From: a virus
Taxonomy: Duplodnaviria > Caudoviricetes
IMG/VR virus record: IMGVR_UViG_3300020042_012505
Coordinates: 1 to 25,725 of that record
Strand: one strand, 5' to 3'
Length of the DNA: 25,725 nt
The notes beneath the pieces are model-generated. The model was not told the DNA's origin. It saw only the letters and a program-made list of their open reading frames with translations, and did no database searches. Position 1 is the stretch's first letter. Each line of letters begins with the position of its first letter. A program made the position numbers and the translations under genes. Positions 6,680 through 15,995 of the stretch are shown here, in pieces.

Positions 6680-7600
6680 ATGTCTTTTGCAAATCTCAAA
6701 AAGTCTTCTAAGACTAGTCTCGAGAAAATCACCCAGCAAGTAAACAAGCTCGCAACACCGGAAGGTGGAGGCCGCGAGAATGATAATCGCTTTTGGCAAC
6801 CAGAAGTCGATAAGTCCGGTAACGGATTTGCTGTGATCAGGTTCTTGCCAGCACCTGATGGTGAAGATGTTCCGTTCGTTCGTATCTTTGATCACGGTTT
6901 CAAAGGTCCAGGCGGTCAATGGTACATCGAAAAGTCGCTTACTACAATTGGTAAGCAAGATCCTGTTTCTGAATACAATAGCCAATTATGGGCTACTGGT
7001 GTTCAAGCGAATCAAGATCAAGTGCGCAAACAAAAGCGTAAACTAAACTTCATTAGCAACATTTACGTTGTTAGTGATAAAGCACATCCAGAGAACGAAG
7101 GTAAAGTCTTCCTGTACAAGTACGGTAAGAAAATCTTTGATAAGTTGAATGCTGCAATGAATCCTGAGTTTGAGGATGAGGATCCAGTAAACCCGTTTGA
7201 TTTGTGGGCTGGTGCAAGCTTCAAGCTAAAGATCCGCAATGTCGAAGGATATCGTAATTATGATAAGTCTGAGTTCGAAAAGCCTGAGCCATTAATGGAT
7301 GATGATGCAAAGATGGAGAAGTTGTGGAAGTCTGAGCACTCATTGCAAGAGTTCTTGAAAGAAGAACACTTCAAACCATATGACGAGTTGAAGCAAAAGC
7401 TTTACCGTGTGTTGGCACTTGACGGAAGTGCATCGCGTGCAGTGCAGAATGCATCTTTGACTGATTTGGATGAGGACGAAACTCCTGCACCTAAGGCATC
7501 AAAGACTGTAAGTGCACCTTCATCTAAGAAAGAATCAGCACCGTGGGATTCTGATGAGGATGAGGATTTAGATCAGTTCAAAGCACTATTGAACGACTAA
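6680..7600 (+). CDS. gp32: Single-stranded DNA-binding protein (T4 gp32-like)
   Basis: 'DNRFWQP.VDKSGNGFAVIRFLPAP', 'HGFKGPGGQWYIEKSLTT', 'YKYGKKIFDK', 'GYRNYDKSEF' and an acidic C-terminal tail; AAGGAG SD. Confidence 0.97.
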   Translation: MSFANLKKSSKTSLEKITQQVNKLATPEGGGRENDNRFWQPEVDKSGNGFAVIRFLPAPDGEDVPFVRIFDHGFKGPGGQWYIEKSLTTIGKQDPVSEYNSQLWATGVQANQDQVRKQKRKLNFISNIYVVSDKAHPENEGKVFLYKYGKKIFDKLNAAMNPEFEDEDPVNPFDLWAGASFKLKIRNVEGYRNYDKSEFEKPEPLMDDDAKMEKLWKSEHSLQEFLKEEHFKPYDELKQKLYRVLALDGSASRAVQNASLTDLDEDETPAPKASKTVSAPSSKKESAPWDSDEDEDLDQFKALLND

Positions 7601-7629
7601 AAAGGAAAGGGCCAGTAGGCCCTTTTTTT
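7599..7629. terminator. Bidirectional intrinsic terminator between convergent genes
   Basis: AAAGGGCC-agta-GGCCCTTT stem with A-rich left and T-rich right flanks. Confidence 0.85.
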
Positions 7630-10216
7630 ATGCTCTAACGCCACCTGACATTGAGTTGAATTGCCAGTTCATATTTGACATATGAGTAGATACGACTTGG
7701 TTCATTGTTGGACCACCCCCTGAACCTCCAGATGAGTTATTAATCACATTTGTCACGTTGGAGTTATCAGCAACTATAGTTGGTACTGATTGAGTCTGCG
7801 CCGCAAACATTGAATCGACGATATCGGTCAATTCTTTTGTCTTCTCAGCAAAGTTTGATGTAAATGATTCAATACTAAACTGACTTGCAAACGCGCTCAG
7901 TTTTGAAGGCTTGGATTTTTCACTCTTAGCTAGCATCGGGCCAACAAACGAATCACTACCTTCTTCATACTTTTCAGCTTCCTTAGCCTCTTTTCTTCTA
8001 CGCGCGTAGTTCTCATCATATGAAGCACTTGTTGTTGCAGTACCTGGATCAGCAGCCGCAAAAGATGGAGCGACACTAGTTGTAATGCCCCTATTACCAG
8101 CCATTCGTGAAGATACTCTTTTACCAAGCGCTTGTTGAATTCCAAATGTTGTCATTCCTTTTGTAACAAGGCCAGGATTTTGTTTAATCATTAAATCATA
8201 CAAACCGGGTTTGGTAATATACTTACTCAAATCGTCATTGGGGTCTGCATTGTATACCTTTACAGCTGTCTCTGGTCCTAAGAAATGAGCAAGGTACAGT
8301 GTCTGCTCGTTTATAGGAACTTTACCGGTTGTCAATATTCGATTGTAATCTTGAAGCATATAATCCATTAATGCTTCTTGTACTTCTGGACTTGAATTTT
8401 GAAATTGTTCAAAGGTCATTCCGTATACTGGACTACCTTTTATCTTTGAATATCTTTCAAATGTATCTTTGATTACTTGATATTTGCCAGAAGCAGAGCT
8501 ACCGCTTTTGTTTCTAGCAGAGTAGTCCCCTCCAGATTCTGCACGACCAATAGCTCCTTTGAATATATCAAATACATTACCAGAACTAGAGGAACTGGCA
8601 GGAGATGGATTGATTGCTCCCTGTGGTCTAGTAGCTCCAGGTTTTTCATTTCTAGCTTCTCTGGCATCACTTGCACTTACTGCATTTGTAAGTACAGAAT
8701 TGTTGTTTGATACACCAGACTCATTTGTCAGGCTTTCAGGAAGAGATCTATTGGAATTTAATAGTGCCTCAGCGAACATTGAACCTCCGACACCGCCTGC
8801 AAAAGCCAATCCAGCCGTTGCGGCCCCAGCAACTTTCTTATTACGTGTAGATCCTCCCAAAAGCAGACCGGTACCAAATCCAAGAGAAGATCCAATTGCA
8901 CTAGCACCTCCTGTAACCAACGCGGTTTCAGCAGCTTGTTTTGTTAATATATAATATTCTTCTTTGCTCAGAGTACCGTCGCCCATTGGCTCAGGAGCCA
9001 TTTCATCTAAAACTCGTTGTACATACCACCAAACCCCAGCTTGTACTAGAATACCTGCCCACCCAAAGAAACCACCAAACTTAGTTTTATATACCAGCTT
9101 TCCAAGCTCGACCATATATTTTCCACCAGCTAAACCCAGTTTAATAAACAATCTTGCTCCTACAATAGCAACTTTTGTAACTTTATCACCTTTCTTAGTA
9201 ATCTCTTTTATTGCCTCTTTATTTGCCGGTGTTTCTGGAAGTCGCAGTTGTGGAAATCCACTATATCTTTGCGCAGCAGCAGGTGGAGAACTTACTGCTG
9301 CAGCTGATGCTGGGGCAGTGTTAGGTGCCACTGTGGCTCCTGGTTTATTGTTACCTCTTACTCTAGCCCCAACAGCAACTGCTCCTGTTACTGCTGCTAC
9401 CCCACCAACAGCAGCAGTTACGTTTCTAGCTGTCTCGTATTCTGGAAGACTTGTGCCGGTAACTACGCCACCTATAACATTACTCACGTCATTTACCATT
9501 CCTCCAATGGCTCTAACTTTAGCAGGAGGGTTTTTTATTATAGCTGCAACTTTTTCTGCACCTGTTGGTAGCTTTTTAATTAAGCTAGATATTTTGTTTG
9601 TTAAACCTTCTAGAGTATCACCTAACGCGCCAAACACTATACCAAGTTCCTTCGTTATAGGTTTAACTATTTTACCAAAACTTGAAGTGTCAATATTACC
9701 AAATATACTACTCATCAATCCGCTGAAAGAGTCACCAAGCTCCTTCTTTGTAGAATCATCCATTTTATCATAAACAAACATCTTACCAACCACACCAGCA
9801 ATTGCAAACGGCAATGCTTTAGCTAATGATGAGGCAACTCCCGAAGCAACAGAAGAAGCTGCACCTACAACAGCACCACCCGCAGATCCAATAGCACTAC
9901 CAGTCCCCTTTGCTGCAGCACTTGCTAGACTACTCACGGATTTTGTTAATGACGTAGAAAGATTGTTAATACTTTTAGACATCTGATCGCTCTGTCTAAT
10001 CATATTACTTTGTTTGTTGTTTATATCTTTGAGAGCAACAGCAGATGAGTTTTGAGCACGAAGGACAGCCTCCATTGTTTTATTAAGAGTTGTCATAGCA
10101 GTAATCTGTCTATTCAACAAAGTAGCTTGCTGACCACCTTGACGAAGCTGCTGCGTACGCGTTGCGCGCATTTCGCGTAGCTGCTCTATGAATCCTTGGT
10201 TTTGACTAGTTGCCAT
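7628..10216 (-). CDS. Tape-measure-like/hub protein with a C-proximal lysozyme-like (lytic transglycosylase) domain
   Basis: Long Ala/Gly/Ser-rich helical protein with hydrophobic segments. 'IGRAESGGDYSARNKSGSSASGKYQVI..TF' and 'LYLAHFLGP' are lysozyme-superfamily motifs. It follows gp26 and the gp51-like frame. Confidence 0.7.
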   Translation of the reverse strand: MATSQNQGFIEQLREMRATRTQQLRQGGQQATLLNRQITAMTTLNKTMEAVLRAQNSSAVALKDINNKQSNMIRQSDQMSKSINNLSTSLTKSVSSLASAAAKGTGSAIGSAGGAVVGAASSVASGVASSLAKALPFAIAGVVGKMFVYDKMDDSTKKELGDSFSGLMSSIFGNIDTSSFGKIVKPITKELGIVFGALGDTLEGLTNKISSLIKKLPTGAEKVAAIIKNPPAKVRAIGGMVNDVSNVIGGVVTGTSLPEYETARNVTAAVGGVAAVTGAVAVGARVRGNNKPGATVAPNTAPASAAAVSSPPAAAQRYSGFPQLRLPETPANKEAIKEITKKGDKVTKVAIVGARLFIKLGLAGGKYMVELGKLVYKTKFGGFFGWAGILVQAGVWWYVQRVLDEMAPEPMGDGTLSKEEYYILTKQAAETALVTGGASAIGSSLGFGTGLLLGGSTRNKKVAGAATAGLAFAGGVGGSMFAEALLNSNRSLPESLTNESGVSNNNSVLTNAVSASDAREARNEKPGATRPQGAINPSPASSSSSGNVFDIFKGAIGRAESGGDYSARNKSGSSASGKYQVIKDTFERYSKIKGSPVYGMTFEQFQNSSPEVQEALMDYMLQDYNRILTTGKVPINEQTLYLAHFLGPETAVKVYNADPNDDLSKYITKPGLYDLMIKQNPGLVTKGMTTFGIQQALGKRVSSRMAGNRGITTSVAPSFAAADPGTATTSASYDENYARRRKEAKEAEKYEEGSDSFVGPMLAKSEKSKPSKLSAFASQFSIESFTSNFAEKTKELTDIVDSMFAAQTQSVPTIVADNSNVTNVINNSSGGSGGGPTMNQVVSTHMSNMNWQFNSMSGGVRA

Positions 10217-10394
10217 TCTTCATCGTTTCCTGTTGTTTCTTTATATGGTCCGATAGTAACTGTAAATACAAATCTCTTTCAAAAACAATCATGTTTTCAA
10301 TGTCTGATATTGAATAGTTGTGATGCTGAGCCAAAATAAAAATAACTTGGTAGTAATTTTCAAGAGAGTTATGACTCAGCGCAATGTAAAAAAA
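10206..10394 (-). CDS. gp51: gp51-like baseplate hub assembly frame, missing from the ORF track; no canonical start, probably reached by a -1 frameshift from gp26
   Basis: Translates to FFYIALSHNSLENYYQVIFILAQHHNYSISDIENMIVFERDLYLQLLSDHIKKQQETMKNGN*, matching the recalled gp51-like motif 'L.NYY...F.L.QHH.YS..EIENM..WER..Y'. Confidence 0.8.
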   Translation of the reverse strand, partial: FFYIALSHNSLENYYQVIFILAQHHNYSISDIENMIVFERDLYLQLLSDHIKKQQETMKNGN

Positions 10395-11086
10395 TCTTCG
10401 AGTGTTCTTAACTCTATTACTCTTTCTGTACCCTTTTTATTTGTATATTCTATTTTGTGATATAGTTTTGGCATTGTGTCGAAGAATGTTTCAAACTGCT
10501 TGATCACTGTAGTTGGTAAACTATCAACAAACTCATCTACCTCTTCAGGTTTATTATCTTTAAATAACACAATCTTATCATCTTCGAAATACTGATCCAT
10601 GCATCCTTTGATCATGAAGAACAACCAGCCGCCCACATCATTGTTCTCAATAACCTTACTCATCAAATCCATCGAAGGATATTTCATTACAATGCCAGAG
10701 TTTTCAGATAACTTGACAATGTTACTATGGTCCGGATCATATGATATTTCTACTTCCTCTGCATCAAGTGTGAACTTATATGTCTCATCATCTTCAAAGT
10801 CAGTGTAAGCAAGATCGATGACGTTGTTGATAGACTTCGCTCTCAATTTCAAGAACAGATACTCAATATCAAAAGATGCTAGTTGGTCTACTTTTACTAC
10901 AGATTCAACATCGCAGTTGTTTATTACTTGTTTAAGTACATTGACAATGTCAGATTGTTCTCCACTCTGCTTAGCCATCAATAACAGCTTTTCTTCTTTC
11001 ACTAGGAAAGGTCTGAACTTGACTTTTTGTTTCGTGGATGGGATATTCAACTCAAAAGTTGGGTGCATAAGTTTTGGTAAAGCCAT
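10376..11086 (-). CDS. gp26: Baseplate hub assembly protein (T4 gp26-like)
   Basis: 'MALPKL.HPTFEL.IPST...VKFRPFLVKEEKLLLMA', 'FDIEYLFLKLRAKS', 'FF.TMPKL' and 'LEDFF'. Confidence 0.9.
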   Translation of the reverse strand: MALPKLMHPTFELNIPSTKQKVKFRPFLVKEEKLLLMAKQSGEQSDIVNVLKQVINNCDVESVVKVDQLASFDIEYLFLKLRAKSINNVIDLAYTDFEDDETYKFTLDAEEVEISYDPDHSNIVKLSENSGIVMKYPSMDLMSKVIENNDVGGWLFFMIKGCMDQYFEDDKIVLFKDNKPEEVDEFVDSLPTTVIKQFETFFDTMPKLYHKIEYTNKKGTERVIELRTLEDFFTLR

Positions 11087-11101
11087 AATAACTCCTAATA
11101 A

Positions 11102-11815
11102 TTAATTTACTTCAATTTTATAAGTTTGGTAGGTGAATCCCACCGTAAACTCGGTAACAGAATCACCAGCTGATGATGATAAAGATATATCACTTACGTT
11201 GATTGGATACATTTTGTCAAAAACGTAAGTTCTTGTTTTTTTAAGGTTGTGCTGAGCACCAATGCGGCTTCCAAGCAAAGATCCAATGAAAGGAACTCCT
11301 GCAGCTGCAGAAGCAACAGAGGCAATGGTTTGTAATATTCCGGATCCACCAGTCTTACCTGGCTCACCACTGTACATTATAATCTTTGCATTTGTTTGAT
11401 AGTTTTTCTTGAAATCTAGAAGGTATGTGTTTTTTTCACCTGGTCTATTATCAAAAGTATCCTTTCCCCATTGAGGATATATCACACCAATCCAAGTTTG
11501 AAAAAACGTATGCAATCTTCCACCAGCATCATTAAGGAAAGTGAGGGACACATCGTTTAGACTGCCTCTTACAGGCATTCTTACATTGGGACCAATTCCG
11601 TATCTTAAGTTATCGGACAACGCAAGATTTATACCTGGTAGGTTTGCACCCTTACAAAACAACGTGACAAGTTTACCATTCTCAACAGATTCAATAATAT
11701 TGACTCCCCGTACATTCCTTACTGCATCGGGATATGAAAATTCAACAGCAAAGAGATTAGGACGCTCAAGGTCGTATTTGTGAACTGCTGATTTAAATTC
11801 GTTTATGTTTAACAT
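11102..11815 (-). CDS. Tail-tube-fold baseplate/tube initiator (gp54/gp19-like)
   Basis: 'RPNLFAVEF', 'CKGANLPG', 'SLTFLND', 'MYPINVSDISLS' and 'EFTVGFTY' are typical of the tube-protein family. Confidence 0.7.
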   Translation of the reverse strand: MLNINEFKSAVHKYDLERPNLFAVEFSYPDAVRNVRGVNIIESVENGKLVTLFCKGANLPGINLALSDNLRYGIGPNVRMPVRGSLNDVSLTFLNDAGGRLHTFFQTWIGVIYPQWGKDTFDNRPGEKNTYLLDFKKNYQTNAKIIMYSGEPGKTGGSGILQTIASVASAAAGVPFIGSLLGSRIGAQHNLKKTRTYVFDKMYPINVSDISLSSSAGDSVTEFTVGFTYQTYKIEVN

Positions 11816-12360
11816 TACTTTTTCTTTTTATATACAAAGTCATCTAGAGGCAACATTAGTGCTTTGGACCACTCATCGGGCTTAATATAGAAAAATCTAG
11901 ATCTTACATGGCTATTTAGGTACTTCTTGACACATTCCTTGAACGATACAGTTCTTGCTGCAGCACTGAGTAATCTGTAGCTCATGTTGAGACGCATCTT
12001 ATCGGTGAAGGTTTTATTGTTAGCAAGTACCATTAGATTGTCCAACAATGCAGCGCGCTGTCCGTATGGCAAGTAGTGAAAGTTGATTCCCATGAAACCA
12101 CCTTCAACATTCTGGAATGGGAATATAAGAGGGAATCTATCATACAGTGGAAGAGTTTCTTTGTATTTTGGATCATAGTGAAACAAAAACATCTTGCCGA
12201 TCGAAAGAGCTTTAGTAAGTCTTTCGTCACCTTTATTGATTACACTGATTGTATTTTTAGAGGACAGATCCTGATAAGTTGTATCGAACCAAGTTTGAGC
12301 ATCGGCTACTTTACCTTTGGTTATTGCTTGATTGAGCATTTGCTGATATGTTTGAGCCAT
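11815..12360 (-). CDS. gp2: DNA end protector protein (T4 gp2-like)
   Basis: 'GKMFLFHYDPKYKETLPLYDRFPLIFP...GFMGINFHYLP' and 'CVKKYL.SHVRSRF'. Confidence 0.9.
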   Translation of the reverse strand: MAQTYQQMLNQAITKGKVADAQTWFDTTYQDLSSKNTISVINKGDERLTKALSIGKMFLFHYDPKYKETLPLYDRFPLIFPFQNVEGGFMGINFHYLPYGQRAALLDNLMVLANNKTFTDKMRLNMSYRLLSAAARTVSFKECVKKYLNSHVRSRFFYIKPDEWSKALMLPLDDFVYKKKK

Positions 12361-12803
12361 TACTTTTTACCGACGAACAAGTCATCCTCTGTTAGTATTT
12401 GAAATTTCCACTTACGTTCTTCACAGAACTTAGTTGCGTATTTCCACTTTGAACTATTTATCCCCCAGGTTTTAACCTCGTTAATGTAACCCTTTGTTAA
12501 TTTAGTGCGGACTTTTGGAGGCTTAGTCTGTGCTTTTGGTTTTATCTCAACGACGACTGTTTCGATCAATCCATCCCTTCCTCTCTTCTTTATCCAAAAG
12601 TCTGGGAAGTATCTGTGAACTCTGTTATCAATTGGTGATAAATATGGAATGGAGAACTCCTCACTTGCCCATTCTATTACATCTTGGTGGGCATCAAGAT
12701 AGCTCATGAATCTACACTCCCAAAGCGAGCGATAAATAATATTAGTAGGATCCCCTTTGTACTTAGAGGGATTCTTTGGTTTAAAAACTCCGTTGTAACT
12801 CAT
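12360..12803 (-). CDS. gp4: Head completion protein (T4 gp4-like, TnsA-like nuclease fold)
   Basis: 'FKPKNPSKYKGDPTNIIYRSLWE', 'WASEE..IPY.SP.D...HRYFPDF' and 'VEIKP'. Confidence 0.92.
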   Translation of the reverse strand: MSYNGVFKPKNPSKYKGDPTNIIYRSLWECRFMSYLDAHQDVIEWASEEFSIPYLSPIDNRVHRYFPDFWIKKRGRDGLIETVVVEIKPKAQTKPPKVRTKLTKGYINEVKTWGINSSKWKYATKFCEERKWKFQILTEDDLFVGKK

Positions 12804-12817
12804 AGGAAATAAATGAA

Positions 12818-13843
12818 ATGGCTATAGCCTCTAATCTTAATTATACTTATACCCCTCAGAACGGTATTCGTGTAGAGCAGTCGGCGCCCCCAATTCGCCA
12901 ATCCTCTAGCTACACCAGTAGTGCACAGGTTTCAACAACGCTTGCTGAAACAACAATTGAGGGAAACAGAGCTACAGCGCTGAATTCGGAAAATGCTCCG
13001 ATCAAGTTTCCCTCTGATCTTGGTACAGATTATTATATATCTTTCAACGCGTTCAAGCACGAAATTGAGAAACCTGAGGATACGAAAAGATCTTTCACGT
13101 TCAAAAAATCAATTAATCTTCCTCTCCCTACTAATCTATCGGATAGTTACTCAGCTGATTACAACGCTGAGAATTTGTTTTTTATAGGTAACGCTCTCAA
13201 GCAAGGACTAACAGAATTTTCTAGCGGTCCTGGTGGAGTTGTAGGTGGTTTTGAAAATCTTAACATGAACAGCGCTGGTTCGAATGCAGCAAAAGCTCTC
13301 AATTATCTCGCTGACAATAAAGGCAAGATTGGTGCAGCTGCAGGTGTAATGGCACTCGGAGGGATGGGTGGCCCATTTGGAGCTGCAGCCAAAGCAGCTT
13401 TTCAAGTAACTGCTAATCCGTTTCCTGTTATGATTTTTCAAGGAACAAAGTTCAAGCCTCCGTTTACATTTGATTGGACTTTGTATCCTGAATCACGTGA
13501 AGAGGCACTTATTATTAGAACAATTGTTGGATTTTTCAGAAGGGAGATGTTACCTGAAACCTATCCTGGAAATCCAGCAATTTTAAAAACACCTTCCGTA
13601 TTTGAAATTAAGCTGACACCTGAGCTCCCGTTGCGAACTTTTAAGAGGTGTGTTTTAACCAACATGAACGTAAGTTATGCACCAGCAGGTGTATCTTTTC
13701 TATCAGATCCTAAAACAGGTGCAAATTCAAATGACGCCACTCCAACAGCAACTTCAATATCACTTACATTCCAAGAAATAGAAATATGGTTGGCTGATGA
13801 TTATGGCACTTCTGAAGAAACTCAATTTAGACCAATAGTATAA
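12818..13843 (+). CDS. gp48: Baseplate tail-tube cap (T4 gp48-like)
   Basis: 'INLPLP.NLSDSY', 'NPF...FQG...FTFDW.LYPES.EEA', 'CVLTNMNVSYAP' and 'SLTFQEIE'. Confidence 0.8.
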   Translation: MAIASNLNYTYTPQNGIRVEQSAPPIRQSSSYTSSAQVSTTLAETTIEGNRATALNSENAPIKFPSDLGTDYYISFNAFKHEIEKPEDTKRSFTFKKSINLPLPTNLSDSYSADYNAENLFFIGNALKQGLTEFSSGPGGVVGGFENLNMNSAGSNAAKALNYLADNKGKIGAAAGVMALGGMGGPFGAAAKAAFQVTANPFPVMIFQGTKFKPPFTFDWTLYPESREEALIIRTIVGFFRREMLPETYPGNPAILKTPSVFEIKLTPELPLRTFKRCVLTNMNVSYAPAGVSFLSDPKTGANSNDATPTATSISLTFQEIEIWLADDYGTSEETQFRPIV

Positions 13844-14715
13844 TGGATAACTTTTTCAAACACTACCCGCTAGTACAGTACGGTAATACTGTATCAAACA
13901 CTGTTGCTGTTAATATTCTTGCAAAAATAGCGTTCCAGAAAACAATTCAACAAAATTTTGAAGTGTTTCATCCCTATACAATCCAGGAAGGTGATAGAGC
14001 TGATACAATTGCTTATTTGTACTATGGTGATTCAGGATATGATTGGCTTGTTTACTATAGTAACAATATTGTTGATCCATATTATGATTGGTATATGGAT
14101 GGTAACTCCCTTAATAGATTTATTACAGACAAGTATCAATCACTTACAGATGCAAGAAGAAAAATAAAGTTTTTCAGATCAAATTATATTGCTGATGACT
14201 CAATGATATCACCGACAGCATATAACGCTCTGTCAGCCAATCAAAAAAGATTCTGGACACCTATCAACGGTAACAATAATAACATTATAAGATATGAAAG
14301 AAAGAAAGAGGAAATAATTTTCCAAACCAACAAAACACAACAGTTGAATGTCTCCCTAGTTGGAAATACTTCTTTCACTGCTGATGAGTACGTATTTCAA
14401 CAAAATGCTGGAGTCACTGTAGGTTCCGCTACTGTTAATTTTTCTAACAGCACTGTCTGTATTGTTTCCAATGTGATTGGTACATTGTCTACAACATATA
14501 ACTTAAAAGGTGGCGACAGTGCAGCTAACGCTACCGTGTCCGCAGTAAATACTCTTTCGACTAGTATATCATCAGACATTCAATCTTACTTTGAAGGTGT
14601 TTCGTTTTTTGATTACGAAAACGAATTGAATGAAAAGAAAAAGAATATAAGGTTGATAGATCTCGCTTATGTCCAATCGATAGAACAAGAGTTTAAGAGT
14701 CTAATGTCATCATGA
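13843..14715 (+). CDS. gp53: Baseplate wedge subunit (T4 gp53-like)
   Basis: 'FF..YP...Y', LysM-like 'YTIQEGDRADTIAYLYYGD..YDWLV..SNNIVDPYYDW' and 'YE.ELNEKKKNI.LI'. Confidence 0.85.
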   Translation: MDNFFKHYPLVQYGNTVSNTVAVNILAKIAFQKTIQQNFEVFHPYTIQEGDRADTIAYLYYGDSGYDWLVYYSNNIVDPYYDWYMDGNSLNRFITDKYQSLTDARRKIKFFRSNYIADDSMISPTAYNALSANQKRFWTPINGNNNNIIRYERKKEEIIFQTNKTQQLNVSLVGNTSFTADEYVFQQNAGVTVGSATVNFSNSTVCIVSNVIGTLSTTYNLKGGDSAANATVSAVNTLSTSISSDIQSYFEGVSFFDYENELNEKKKNIRLIDLAYVQSIEQEFKSLMSS

Positions 14716-15995
14716 ATTTGAAACCTAGTCAGTGTGATATTAAGAAAATATCTATAACCAATCACACAAAAACCATAGTTATTGATAAGCAATCTAAATT
14801 TTTGGAATTCTTTTCTTCGCTTGATATATTTGAGAATGTATTCAATCCTTTTATAACCGCTGATTTAACATTAATAGATGGTGGTAGTTTCATTGAGAAG
14901 AATAATATCACTGGAGATGAGGATTTTGAAATAGAATTTCAAGGGTACGGTAGTGAACAAACGTTGACATATAAATTTAAAGTCGCCGAGCTCATCTACA
15001 ATGTACCTAATCCTAACCTTCGATCAAAAAATGTAGGCTTAAGACTAACCAGTAAAGAATTCTTAACCGATAGCTCGATTGCTATTTCAAAAAGTTATAA
15101 GTCTAGTACAAAGGATATAGTATCTGATATCGTGAAGAAGTATCTTGGTAGTGATAAAACTATATTCACCGAGGATACAAAAGATCTACCAGCGACTTTA
15201 ATTCCTTTCTTAACTCCTTTCCAATCTATTGACTTTATAAGACAGAGATTAGTTTCTCAGAAATATAAATCATCTACCTTTTTGTTTTATGAAACAAGTA
15301 ACGGATACTTCTTAACAACCGTAGAGGGTCTTTTTGAAAGAGACACTAAAAAAGCTCAAAAGTTTTTCCAAAAAGAAGCAATATCTGAAAACGTCAAAGG
15401 TTCGTCAACAATAACTGACTTTGACTCATTTCATCTATTCCGAAACTACACAGTCAAATCATCATTCAATCTCAATCACTCTCTTAAGAATGGTGGTTTG
15501 AAATCGATTATTTCTCAATACGATTTAACTACGAAAAAGTTTGAAACAAGAGTTTTTGAAAATAGTCCATCTAACAATATATTTGTTGACTCGACCAATG
15601 GTAGTAATCCTTTGATTACAGCTACAATATACAATGACTTCTCACTGAATAATAACAAGCCGTACTTCTTACCGTTTTCGAAATACAAAGATACAAACAA
15701 CAACTCTACAAACTTTTTGTATGATACGGTAGCAGAGAGATTGTGTTTCTCAAATCTCTTTACGATGGAGAAGACCTACATTGATATTCCTGGCAATACA
15801 AGAATAAATGCAGGCTCAATACTATACTTACAAGTTCCAAGATATGATGCACTAGAGAGTAAACAACCTAGTAATCAAATGGATAGTGGATATTATATGG
15901 TTACTGCGTGTAAGCATACAATAACAAATGCAGATACAGCAAAATATGATACTCATCTTGAGTTGATGAGATTTGGAAGAGGGGTTTTAGAATGA
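14712..15995 (+). CDS. Baseplate hub protein (gp27-like)
   Basis: Lies between gp53 and gp5; 'IFENVF.PFITA.L.LID', 'FLFYET..GYFL', 'IPGN...AG' and 'SGYYMVTACKH' resemble hub proteins. Confidence 0.6.
   Translation: MNLKPSQCDIKKISITNHTKTIVIDKQSKFLEFFSSLDIFENVFNPFITADLTLIDGGSFIEKNNITGDEDFEIEFQGYGSEQTLTYKFKVAELIYNVPNPNLRSKNVGLRLTSKEFLTDSSIAISKSYKSSTKDIVSDIVKKYLGSDKTIFTEDTKDLPATLIPFLTPFQSIDFIRQRLVSQKYKSSTFLFYETSNGYFLTTVEGLFERDTKKAQKFFQKEAISENVKGSSTITDFDSFHLFRNYTVKSSFNLNHSLKNGGLKSIISQYDLTTKKFETRVFENSPSNNIFVDSTNGSNPLITATIYNDFSLNNNKPYFLPFSKYKDTNNNSTNFLYDTVAERLCFSNLFTMEKTYIDIPGNTRINAGSILYLQVPRYDALESKQPSNQMDSGYYMVTACKHTITNADTAKYDTHLELMRFGRGVLE

Noticed and set aside
8559-9773. Long plus-strand ORFs (131 aa and 269 aa) antisense to the tape-measure-like gene
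   Set aside because: Shadow frames expected from Ala/Gly/Val-rich codons on the coding strand; no SD or recognisable motifs.
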